This document shows, piece by piece, positions 8,543 through 16,154 of a stretch of 16,154 nt of DNA. This DNA comes from Candidatus Iainarchaeum sp. Its GTDB lineage: Archaea > Iainarchaeota > Iainarchaeia > Iainarchaeales > UBA10191. Each line of letters starts with the position of its first letter. The stretch's first letter is position 1. The position numbers and the translations under genes are program-made. Location of the stretch: assembly GCA_030649735.1 (NCBI GenBank), contig JAUSFL010000017.1:1-16154 (forward strand), given 5' to 3'. A model generated the notes under the pieces. That model made no database searches, was not told where the DNA came from, and was given only the letters and a program-made list of their open reading frames with translations.

Positions 8543-8636
8543 TTCAAGATACAAGATTGTCTCTGAAGAATTGCAAGAATTCTACAAGCTAATAAAAGGC
8601 CACGAGAGATTGCTGCAAGCAATTGGAGAATTGTGA
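8514..8636 (+). CDS. Small 40-aa helical protein, possible antitoxin/partner of the upstream remnant
   Basis: ATG 8514 preceded by AAGGAGTG (8498-8505). MAKSGSLKDNSRYKIVSEELQEFYKLIKGHERLLQAIGEL*. It overlaps the upstream remnant's end in TA-operon fashion and is below the ORF-track cutoff. Confidence 0.6.
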   Translation: MAKSGSLKDNSRYKIVSEELQEFYKLIKGHERLLQAIGEL

Positions 8637-8728
8637 AATTCTCCCGGCCCTCAAGAACAAGTGCGAATCTTAAGGTTCAATATCTGTCCAGTGCTTTTCA
8701 GCATTCAATGCGTGGAGTCAAAGATTTT

Positions 8729-8809
8729 TCAGCAAGTTTGGCCGAAATTCCTTGCAATTTCCTGCAGGTCTTGAATGTTCACTCTGTTATTTCCATTAAC
8801 ATTGGCCAA
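8729..8809 (-). pseudogene. Orphan remnant of a dockerin-like C-terminal tail (third copy)
   Basis: Reads (TAA)LANVNGNNRVNIQDLQEIARNFGQTC*. By manual alignment 8729-8806 matches 10202-10279 at 64/78 nt. Confidence 0.85.
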
Positions 8810-8827
8810 TTAACTTGGCCTTTAATG

Positions 8828-8859
8828 TTGCATAAGCCCGGCGCTTATTCTTTATGCAA
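8828..8859. repeat. Inverted repeat downstream of the ATPase (possible terminator/operator)
   Basis: TTGCATAA (8828-8835) pairs with TTATGCAA (8852-8859). An alternative inner stem is ATAAGC-ccggc-GCTTAT. Confidence 0.4.
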
Positions 8860-8885
8860 TGCATTTTTCGCCCAGTATGGCTTGT

Positions 8886-10097
8886 TTATCCCTTGAGCCA
8901 TTCCCATGCTGGCTTTACAATTATTGTCTTGTCTGCCTGTTTTATTTCATCTTTTTGCTTTAACGTCAGTATCATCCCTTTTTTTAGCTTGAATTTTTCC
9001 ATTGCTTCTAACAAGCCGTTTATTTCTCTTTCCTTGTTTTCTTCAGTCAGTTCGTAACAGACTTGAATTGCTTGGGTTATTTTCTCTTTCTCTTTTATCA
9101 GGAAATCGCATTCTTTCTTTCCGCTATAATAATAAATGTCCCTGAAGTTTCTCCTCAATTGCAGAAAAACCGCGTTTTCCAGCATTTTTCCCCTATCTTT
9201 GGAGAAAGTTATTGAATTCACTTTGGCAAATCCATTGTCTATTGCATAAATTTTCTTTGGATTAGCTTGCTGTTTTTTCAAGGAATAATCAAATCTTGGC
9301 ACGGTAAAGAGCAAGTAAGAGTCTTCAAAGTAGGAAATGAAGGAAATTGCAGTGTTTACAGAGCCTAACTGGAATGTTTCCTTTAATTTAGTGTAAGAGA
9401 ATTCTTTCCCAATGTTTGAAAGCAAGTAAACTGCCAATTCCCTCAAAGTTTTAAGGTTTCTCAAGCCATAACGAACTATAATGTCACGAGCCATTATGTC
9501 ATTCAATAACTCCTGAAGTATTCCATCCCGCTCGTTTTTCAAGTATTCTGGAAAACCGCCTTTGCTCAAGTATTCTTCAAAAGATTCAACGCTTGCTTTC
9601 TTTTCCTTGAACTTTAAGAATTCAGTGAAAGAGAAAGGAAACAGTTCAAACCTTAAATGCCTTCCAGTAAGCCTTGTTCCCAATTCCTTGCTCAAAAGTG
9701 AAGCATTAGAGCCAGTAATGACAAAATGCCTCTTTTTATCGAGCTTTTCTCGAACGAACAATTCCCATTTTGGAATATTTTGAATTTCGTCAAAAAAGTA
9801 GACTCCGTTCTCTCCAAATTCTTCAGTCAATGTTTCATCAAGCCGTTGGAAGTCTGAAAGCTCAAACCCGGCAATTTTAGAGTCTTCAAAATTGAAATAA
9901 TAGAAAGTCTTTGTTTCCTTGGTTAATTGCTTGAGCAAAGTGCTTTTTCCGCACCTTCTGACTCCAGAAATAACTGCTGCAAAAGGCAAGTCAATGTCAA
10001 TTTTCTCAAGCAATTCTCTTTTAACAGTCTTTTCAGACTTTCCCAAGTCTTCCCTCTGCAGTCTGGCGACAATCCTTAAAGCATCCTTCAAAAACAT
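8886..10097 (-). CDS. AAA_14 family ATPase with C-terminal DUF4143 / PD-(D/E)XK-like domain
   Basis: Walker A GVRRCGKS (9942-9965), Walker B VYFFDEIQ, ITGSNASLL, LTGR, GGFPE, NPKKIYAIDNG, ECDFLI...AIQVC. ATG 10097 is preferred over TTG 10115 because it lies 23 nt from the TATA box. Confidence 0.92.
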   Translation of the reverse strand: MFLKDALRIVARLQREDLGKSEKTVKRELLEKIDIDLPFAAVISGVRRCGKSTLLKQLTKETKTFYYFNFEDSKIAGFELSDFQRLDETLTEEFGENGVYFFDEIQNIPKWELFVREKLDKKRHFVITGSNASLLSKELGTRLTGRHLRFELFPFSFTEFLKFKEKKASVESFEEYLSKGGFPEYLKNERDGILQELLNDIMARDIIVRYGLRNLKTLRELAVYLLSNIGKEFSYTKLKETFQLGSVNTAISFISYFEDSYLLFTVPRFDYSLKKQQANPKKIYAIDNGFAKVNSITFSKDRGKMLENAVFLQLRRNFRDIYYYSGKKECDFLIKEKEKITQAIQVCYELTEENKEREINGLLEAMEKFKLKKGMILTLKQKDEIKQADKTIIVKPAWEWLKG

Positions 10098-10119
10098 GAA
10101 ATAATAGAGAAACAAGCAA

Positions 10120-10133
10120 TATTTAAACCTTTC
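10120..10133 (-). promoter_or_regulatory. BRE/TATA promoter of the ATPase (probably leaderless mRNA)
   Basis: Minus strand GAAAGG-TTTAAATA, 23 nt upstream of ATG 10097. Confidence 0.7.
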
Positions 10134-10170
10134 ATTAGTAATGAACGAAAGCGTGCATTACTAGTGCACG
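10131..10170. promoter_or_regulatory. Tandem palindromic operator-like sites
   Basis: TTCATTA-G-TAATGAA (10131-10145, perfect) and CGTGCATTA-C-TAGTGCACG (10152-10170, one mismatch). Shared core CATTA-S-TARTG, centres 23 bp apart. Confidence 0.7.
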
Positions 10171-10201
10171 ATTTTTTATGCCTTAAACATGCAAATCCAA
10201 T

Positions 10202-10366
10202 TCAGCAGGTTTGGCCGAAGTTCCTTGCCACTGCCTGCAGGTCTTGGATGTTCACTCCGTCATTTCCTACAACGTCTGCGGGATTGCCTGCAGGCTGGCC
10301 AATCCTCAATGCAACAAAAGTCAAGTCAAAAACATTCACTTTGTGGTCACTTGTCAAATCATAGCA
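10202..10366 (-). repeat. Dockerin-like (duplicated EF-hand-like loop) C-terminal tail, copy 1
   Basis: CYDLTSDHKVNVFDL...ADVVGNDGVNIQDLQAVARNFGQTC; 39/54 aa identical to copy 2. Confidence 0.8.
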
Positions 10367-13300
10367 AGTTATCGGCGGAGTTCCAGAATCCAAAGTTTGC
10401 TCCCAATTTGTTGGAAGCTCTATTTTGTAAAGTTCGAGATTGTCATTGCCGTTCCAGTTTCCCCCCACATAAACATTGTTTCCTTGAGGGTCAATGTTGA
10501 CAAATCCTTCAGTAAAATAAGTTGGTTCTTTTGCGCCAACTTGGTAAGAGTTTGGTTCTGATGCAATGCGCCAGATTCTTGCGCGCTGCCCTAAAGGAAG
10601 AAGTTTTCCCGCGCCATCCTTGACTGGCTTTATTTCAATCATGAAAATTTGGTTGCTTGACCAAATCCTTCCATTGACTGCCGGATGAGAATAAGCACCC
10701 ATCAAAAACCATCCTTTTTTTGCAGGATTGTAAATTCTTGAAATGTGCTGGCCGACTCCGTCAGAATCAAACCCGTCAAGCTCTGCAAGATTCAATGTTT
10801 TTGTCAATTGCAAAGTTTTTGGATTGAAGGCTTCCATGTAATCATTGCTGTTGTTCTGGTAAACATAGACTGGATCGCCATTGTAATCAAACGCCCAGCC
10901 GGCATGGCCCCAATTCAATGTTGGAAGCGAAGCATAGTTTGTTGAAATTCCCTGGACTAAATCGCTGATTCTGTAAAACTTGCTGGAATAGTAAAGGCTT
11001 GCAACATTAAGCCAAACTCCGTCAGGGGAAATATCCCCTTCTCCATCTGAGGAAAGCACTACTGGAAGCAAAACTTTGTTTTTTAAGTCAACAATTCCGA
11101 CTTTGTAAACAAGCGGGCTTCCATAGCGTATTCTAATTCCTAAATACCTTGCAGACTGGTCTGAATGGTCTGCGGAATGGATGAAAGCGCCTTTGCCCGC
11201 AAACTCTGGAATAGACTCCAAGTCAAAGACTGTTTGCGCGGCAGTGTTTGCCACAACGTCTTTTTTGATGACTTTTCCACCATAAACATAATGATAGTAT
11301 ATTGTTGTTTCAGTTCCTGCATCCCCGCTCAAGTCCCATCTTGGGTTTCCTGTTTCTCCAACTGGAATTTCCCTCAAGTAAGTGCAGTCAGTTAACCGGT
11401 AAACCGCGGCCGTTCCGTTTGTTTTGAAAGTGATTGCATACTGGCCATTAATGTTCACGTTAGTGTATGTTGAATATCCGTTGTAATATCCTAAATTCCT
11501 GTCGCTGCCCACTGCCGTTCCCCAGGATGGATTGTCATTGACTTCAGTCATTCTCCAAATTTTAATTCCAGTCTCTGGCTGTGTGTAGTAAGAGCATTTT
11601 GCTGGCGGAATGCCTGAAGCATAAGATAATTTCACGTGGTTTGTGTCAGAATACCTCAGGTCAATTCCTTCAACTGGCTCTACAACATAAGTTACGCCGC
11701 CAGGGCTTATTGGAGTGTGGGTGCAGTTTGCTGTGCAAGTGCCGGCGTTATTGCATGTGTCTGTTGTGTTTGGGTTTGAGTCATTGCACTGCGCGCTTGA
11801 AGTGCATGCTGGAGTAATGCAGCTTGCTCCGCAAAGAATTTGCGGCAAAGTGCAAGTCGTTGCTTGCGGGTCTGTAGTGACTGAAAGGCCCGCGCTTTTC
11901 GCGCTTTCATTGCCTGAAGTGTCAATTGCCGAGATTTGGAAATTATAATTAGTGTTGGCAGTCAAACCCGAAGCAGTGTAATTAACATTCGGCTTTAGCA
12001 CTGTTGAAAGAAAAGAACTGTTCTTGTAAATTTTGTAAGCGCTCAAGTCTGATTCTGAATTTGCGTTCCAGGCAAGTGCGACATTATTGGAGTCTTTTCC
12101 AGTAGAACGAAAGCTTGAAGGAACTGCAGGCGGTGTTGTATCTCCCGGCGCGCCTGACAAAAGCTGGAGTTTTGACTTTGCCTTCAATATTTGGAAGTTT
12201 GATATTGAATACCAGCCGTTAGAATTTGCAGTGACAGTGCCGCTTTGCAAAACAGTGACTCCGTCAGCCGCAATGTTTTTCCAAGTCACAGCATTTCCTG
12301 AATTGTGCGGAAACGACTGCATTCTTTTCGGAGTAATTGTCACTGTCGCAGACTCTGCGGTTGCGGTTGGAACCAAGTATACTGTGACTTCATACTTGCC
12401 TGAAGAATCAACCAAAGTATTCCTGTCAAAGTATTCCAATCCATTAATCTGGCCGCGCAAGTCACTGTTTGCAGGATCGCCGTTTCCTGGATTGCCATTC
12501 AATGAAAAGTCAGTGAATGTAGGATAGCTTTTGTTCAACGCGTAATGAAAATTATCAAAAGAATTCATGAACTGGTTTTTGACAAAAAACCGTTCATAAA
12601 TGACTTCTGGAAAATAAGCCGAGCCAGTGGTGTAAGATGCCGCTTCAAAGCAATTGTGAGAACACTGGTCAAAATAGCCAGTGAGAGCGACTTTTGCATT
12701 GTTTGCCGCAGAATAAAATGCAGGAATATTCCCCCAGCTTATTGTAGTATCGTTTTTTCCATGATTTGTGCGCATTGGAGGATAGTCCTTGTTCGGGTTT
12801 GCCTGCAGGTATTTTGCCAAGTCCAAATAATCATCAATTCCAATTCCTTCAGGGGTTGGAATGTTTGCGGCTTTTTTGCCGAAAACAAAGTCAGAGTATG
12901 CAGTGTAGTTTGCGCCGCCGTAAGCCCAAGGCCTTCCTTGATGCGAATGAAGCGCTGCAATCATTTCCGGATTGTGAATTGCGACTGCAAGGCAACCGCC
13001 TGCCCCCATTGAACCTCCAGTGCAGTAAACCCTGTTTGGATCCATGTATTGCGCCCAAGGGCTGTTGTAAAGCATCCATTCAGCAATGAACTTGACTTGC
13101 TTTTCAGCATAAACAACGCTTTTTCCGTCAGAGTAAGGCTTTGCGCCTTCAATGCTTTTCTTGAAGCCGCTGGAAATTCCGTTAGGCGCATAGTTTGAGT
13201 TAAACCCGGCATAATAGTGATAGCCGTAACTGTCAGTCTCTATGTAAGGCCCCAAGTCTGCTAGAGAGCCGTCTGCTTTTTTCACGACAATTCTTGAAAA

Positions 13301-14788
13301 GTCATTGAACGCCAAGTCAAAGCCGCCGTAACGGTTTGCGTCGACATTCCGTGAATTGTCAACTCCTTCCTCGCTTTGAAAATATCCTTTTCCGGAAGCG
13401 TGCAGGTAAAGCGTCAAGGCATACATTCCTGGAGTTGAATTTGAAAACTTTGCCATGTTTTCTGGATTGCTTGAATCCCACCCAGTCTTGTAAGGCAGTG
13501 TGACTGCAAAGAAAACTGGAATCGAGCGCTTGTTAAAAAACCCGTAATTGTCCGCAGTGTTTTTTGGATTGAAGCTTCCAAGCCACATTATATATCCTGA
13601 ATAATAATAATTGTAGGAATCGTGCTCGTAAAGGAAAGCGTCTGGAATTCCAATGCTTTCAGAAACTGGCGAGGCTGTCGCATTCTGCCCTGCAGTGACA
13701 ATTTGCTTTTCGTTCCCTTCAACAACAGTGGTTACTGCATAATAGTTTGAGCCATTGCTTTCAACAGTGTAAACGTAAAGCCCTGAATCTGCAGAAAGCG
13801 AAACTCCGGCCTTTGAAAGGCTTGGCTGTTTTATGGCGCCTGTTCCGCCGTAAAGGCTTGCTGAAACATAAGAAGAGCCTTGATAGACTTCATCCAAAAG
13901 CTGCGCTTGATTGATATTGCTTGAAGTTATGGGCTGGGAATAACGGTAAATCCTGTAGGTTGTTTCATTCTTGTCTGTTTGCGCTTCTTTCCAGGTTATG
14001 AAAGTCTGGCCTTTCCAGAATTTTGCGGTAATTCCGGCAGGCTGTGGAATGCTTTCAGGGTTTGTTCCGTCAAAAGTTACTTCCAAGTAAGGCCGCAAGT
14101 TTTCTGAAGCCGCTTCTTTGGAATAAAAGGACTTATTATAGTACGGGCCGCTTGCAAAGTAAAATCCATTATTGGATGAAGGGCTTGCAACCCAGTCTTT
14201 CACTGCATTAGTCAAGTCCACAGTATAAAATGCCTGGGAGCCTGAAAGCCAATTCCTGAAAAAAACAAATCCAATCTGGCTTCCCAATGAAGAAGTGATG
14301 TTTCCAGCGCCATTCCAGCCAACGCCGGACTTTTTTGAATTGTAAGTGGCCTGGCTTTCAACCCAAATCCCGCTTGGTGCAGAATCAACAATTTTGTAAA
14401 TCGGCTGCTTTATTTCAACAAGCCCTGCAGAATTGTCAGTCAAGTAATCGTTCTGCCTGAAAAAAACAAGCCTTGCGCTGTGGATTGTGGCGCCTGCCGG
14501 AATGCTTGAAACATCAAAGCGCATTATCACGTGCTTATTGCCGCCTAAATTCCTGTAGTAAAGGCTTGCAGCGCTTCCGGAACTTGAATTTGGAGAGCCG
14601 TCATCAAGCACTGCATCCATTGCAACATTCTTTACATCGCAGGAAGCGCATTCTCCAAACCTTTGCGTTACTCTCTCGCCGGCAAAAGACGCAGTGAACA
14701 ATGGCTGGTTGGAGTTTGTAAAGAAAAAAATTACCGAAGCCGCAAGCAAGGCAAGCGCGAAAACTAAAAGGAAATTTTCAGACTTCAT
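10202..14788 (-). CDS. Secreted/membrane-anchored multidomain alpha/beta-hydrolase (1528 aa): DNRLRE-like, FN3-like, Ser-Asp-His hydrolase, beta-sandwich, FN3, Cys-rich linker, beta-propeller-like, dockerin-like tail
   Basis: Hydrophobic N-terminus. DNRLRE-like MRFDVSSIPAGATIHSARL...VDLTNAVKDWV...RPYLEVTF (~14620-14072). LYLHASG, nucleophile elbow GGSMG (13004-13018), HGKND (12749-12763), CSHNC (12650-12664). FN3 DTTPPAVP...GLTANTNYNFQISAIDTSGNES. CNDSNPNTTDTC. Paired Ca-loop tail. Confidence 0.9.
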   Translation of the reverse strand: MKSENFLLVFALALLAASVIFFFTNSNQPLFTASFAGERVTQRFGECASCDVKNVAMDAVLDDGSPNSSSGSAASLYYRNLGGNKHVIMRFDVSSIPAGATIHSARLVFFRQNDYLTDNSAGLVEIKQPIYKIVDSAPSGIWVESQATYNSKKSGVGWNGAGNITSSLGSQIGFVFFRNWLSGSQAFYTVDLTNAVKDWVASPSSNNGFYFASGPYYNKSFYSKEAASENLRPYLEVTFDGTNPESIPQPAGITAKFWKGQTFITWKEAQTDKNETTYRIYRYSQPITSSNINQAQLLDEVYQGSSYVSASLYGGTGAIKQPSLSKAGVSLSADSGLYVYTVESNGSNYYAVTTVVEGNEKQIVTAGQNATASPVSESIGIPDAFLYEHDSYNYYYSGYIMWLGSFNPKNTADNYGFFNKRSIPVFFAVTLPYKTGWDSSNPENMAKFSNSTPGMYALTLYLHASGKGYFQSEEGVDNSRNVDANRYGGFDLAFNDFSRIVVKKADGSLADLGPYIETDSYGYHYYAGFNSNYAPNGISSGFKKSIEGAKPYSDGKSVVYAEKQVKFIAEWMLYNSPWAQYMDPNRVYCTGGSMGAGGCLAVAIHNPEMIAALHSHQGRPWAYGGANYTAYSDFVFGKKAANIPTPEGIGIDDYLDLAKYLQANPNKDYPPMRTNHGKNDTTISWGNIPAFYSAANNAKVALTGYFDQCSHNCFEAASYTTGSAYFPEVIYERFFVKNQFMNSFDNFHYALNKSYPTFTDFSLNGNPGNGDPANSDLRGQINGLEYFDRNTLVDSSGKYEVTVYLVPTATAESATVTITPKRMQSFPHNSGNAVTWKNIAADGVTVLQSGTVTANSNGWYSISNFQILKAKSKLQLLSGAPGDTTPPAVPSSFRSTGKDSNNVALAWNANSESDLSAYKIYKNSSFLSTVLKPNVNYTASGLTANTNYNFQISAIDTSGNESAKSAGLSVTTDPQATTCTLPQILCGASCITPACTSSAQCNDSNPNTTDTCNNAGTCTANCTHTPISPGGVTYVVEPVEGIDLRYSDTNHVKLSYASGIPPAKCSYYTQPETGIKIWRMTEVNDNPSWGTAVGSDRNLGYYNGYSTYTNVNINGQYAITFKTNGTAAVYRLTDCTYLREIPVGETGNPRWDLSGDAGTETTIYYHYVYGGKVIKKDVVANTAAQTVFDLESIPEFAGKGAFIHSADHSDQSARYLGIRIRYGSPLVYKVGIVDLKNKVLLPVVLSSDGEGDISPDGVWLNVASLYYSSKFYRISDLVQGISTNYASLPTLNWGHAGWAFDYNGDPVYVYQNNSNDYMEAFNPKTLQLTKTLNLAELDGFDSDGVGQHISRIYNPAKKGWFLMGAYSHPAVNGRIWSSNQIFMIEIKPVKDGAGKLLPLGQRARIWRIASEPNSYQVGAKEPTYFTEGFVNIDPQGNNVYVGGNWNGNDNLELYKIELPTNWEQTLDSGTPPITCYDLTSDHKVNVFDLTFVALRIGQPAGNPADVVGNDGVNIQDLQAVARNFGQTC

Positions 14789-14809
14789 TCCAACAGCTTT
14801 TTTTTAATA

Positions 14810-14843
14810 AATATAAAGAATCAGAATATATAATATTTCCTCA
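14810..14843 (-). promoter_or_regulatory. TATA-like elements upstream of the 1528-aa gene
   Basis: Minus strand TTTATATT (14810-14817, 22 nt from ATG) and GAGGAAA..TTATATAT (14826-14843). Confidence 0.45.
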
Positions 14844-14877
14844 TTTTGGCAGGCGGAAAAATGAAAGGTAAGTCAAT

Positions 14878-15042
14878 TCAGCAATTTTGGCCAAAATTCC
14901 TTGAGACTTCCTGCAAGTCTAAAATGTTCACTCCGTCATTTCCAATCACGTCCGCCGGGCTTCCTGCAGGGCTTCCAAGCCTTAAAGAAACAAAAACCAG
15001 GTCAAACAAGTCAACTTTATTATCGCCTGTCAAGTCAAAGCA
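14878..15042 (-). repeat. Dockerin-like C-terminal tail, copy 2
   Basis: CFDLTGDNKVDLFDL...ADVIGNDGVNILDLQEVSRNFGQNC; same 165-nt length as copy 1. Confidence 0.8.
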
Positions 15043-16154
15043 TTGCGCTGGCGGGGAATTTCCAACAACCATGCTTAAAGTGCTTTTTTGCTTTGAAATA
15101 ATGAAATTTTGGATTGTAATCCTTCCATACTGGTCTGCTGAAACATTGCCTGACTGGAGCACTTGCCCATCGCTTACCCTGATGTTTTTCCAAAAGTATG
15201 CTGTGCCTGCAGAATGCTCTAGCGCCTGCAGCCTTCGCGGAGTTATTGAAACAGTTGCAGAATCCAAAGGCGATTCAGCCATCAAGAAAACATTAACGTC
15301 ATACTGTCTTGAAGTTTCAAGGCCTGTGTTCCAGTCCCAATATGGATAGCGGTTTATTCCGCCCCGCAAGTCTCCGCTGGCAGGCACTCCGTTTCCAGGA
15401 TTTGAATTAAGGCTGAAGTCAGAAAATGCGGGATAGCTTTTGCTCAAAGAATAATGAAAAATATTGAATCCATCATTGAACATGTTCACCACAAAATTCC
15501 TGACTGGAATGTATTCGGGAAAATAGCTTGCCTCAAAGCAATTGTGCGCACACTGGTCAAACACTGAGTAAATGTAAACTCTTGCAGAATTTGCTGCCGA
15601 ATAGAATGCAGGCACTTGATACCAGGCAAGCAAGTCATTCTTTCCATGGTTTGTCCTTATTACAGGAAAGTCCTTTTCAGGATGTGCCAAAAAATATTTT
15701 CCAGCATCAACGTAATCGTAAATTCCAATTCCTTCAGGAGTTGGAATGTTTTCTGAAAAAGGGCCTAAATAATTTTCCATTCCACCAGGATAAGAACCAG
15801 CCCCAGTGCTTGGGTCAATGAAATAATTTACCACTTTTCCCTGGATTGCATCAATAGCGCTCACAAGTTCGGGATAATGAAGCGCAAAAGTCATGCTTCC
15901 CCCGCCGCCTAAAGACCCGCCTTGAAAGTATACCTTGCTTGAGTCAATGAATTGAGACCACTTGCTTTGGTTTTGCATCCATTTTATTATGAATGCCATT
16001 TGCTTTTCCCCGTAAGGAACGCTTTTTCCTTCCTCGAAGGGCTTTAGTTCCTTGAAAGTTTTTGGAATTCCCACGTTCAATTCATAGCCAATTGGCCTAG
16101 TTCCATCACCTAATTGTGATGGCGCATAATTGGAATTGTATGCTGAATAGTAAG
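14878..16154 (-). CDS. Paralogous alpha/beta-hydrolase with dockerin-like tail, 5' end beyond window
   Basis: The frame stays open past TTG 16080 to the edge (YYSAYNSNYAP aligns with HYYAGFNSNYAP of the 1528-aa protein). GGSLG (15907-15921), HGKND (15634-15648), CAHNC (15538-15552). Confidence 0.9.
   Translation of the reverse strand, partial: YYSAYNSNYAPSQLGDGTRPIGYELNVGIPKTFKELKPFEEGKSVPYGEKQMAFIIKWMQNQSKWSQFIDSSKVYFQGGSLGGGGSMTFALHYPELVSAIDAIQGKVVNYFIDPSTGAGSYPGGMENYLGPFSENIPTPEGIGIYDYVDAGKYFLAHPEKDFPVIRTNHGKNDLLAWYQVPAFYSAANSARVYIYSVFDQCAHNCFEASYFPEYIPVRNFVVNMFNDGFNIFHYSLSKSYPAFSDFSLNSNPGNGVPASGDLRGGINRYPYWDWNTGLETSRQYDVNVFLMAESPLDSATVSITPRRLQALEHSAGTAYFWKNIRVSDGQVLQSGNVSADQYGRITIQNFIISKQKSTLSMVVGNSPPAQCFDLTGDNKVDLFDLVFVSLRLGSPAGSPADVIGNDGVNILDLQEVSRNFGQNC

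Noticed and set aside
8729-8806. Remnant tail as a DGR template repeat for the hydrolase C-termini
   Set aside because: Only 7 of 14 mismatches are at remnant adenines (6 at T, 1 at C), and there is no reverse transcriptase in the window. AT-biased decay explains it better.
8633-8896. 87-aa plus ORF resembling ORFs 10164..10364 and 14846..15349
   Set aside because: The similarity is just the antisense reading of the dockerin-tail repeat.
10098-10115. TTG start for the ATPase given by the ORF track
   Set aside because: It lies 5 nt from the TATA box, so it is probably not transcribed. ATG 10097 fits archaeal spacing.
16078-16080. TTG start of the 400-aa ORF
   Set aside because: The frame and homology to the 1528-aa paralogue continue to the window edge.
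1-16154. CRISPR array, transposase/integrase, intein or alternative genetic code
   Set aside because: No regularly spaced repeats or recombinase motifs. The inserted domains lack intein C/S...HN ends. Long ORFs are open under the standard code and TGA acts as stop.

Overview
Archaeal-style DNA (BRE/TATA boxes about 21-30 nt upstream of starts, a class III signal-peptide pilin), most consistent with a DPANN archaeon. Diapherotrites/Iainarchaeota is a guess, not demonstrated. Nearly everything is on the minus strand. Right to left: a 5'-truncated secreted alpha/beta-hydrolase with a Cys-flanked dockerin-like tail (14878..>16154); a 1528-aa paralogue (DNRLRE-like, FN3-like, alpha/beta-hydrolase, FN3, Cys-rich, propeller-like, dockerin-like tail); an AAA_14/DUF4143 ATPase with a tandem palindromic operator; a decayed third dockerin tail; a probable Fic/Doc 3' remnant plus a 40-aa ORF (+ strand); a type IV pilin-like gene; and a giant (>2550 aa) secreted protein. 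The ORF track omits the giant gene because it runs off the left edge without a stop. The giant protein has a WapA/RHS-like N-terminus and a repeating FN3 scaffold with fixed slots holding interchangeable, nested lectin-like domains. Overall this looks like a cell-surface adhesion/hydrolysis locus under active domain shuffling. All family names come from motif recognition by eye, not database searches.
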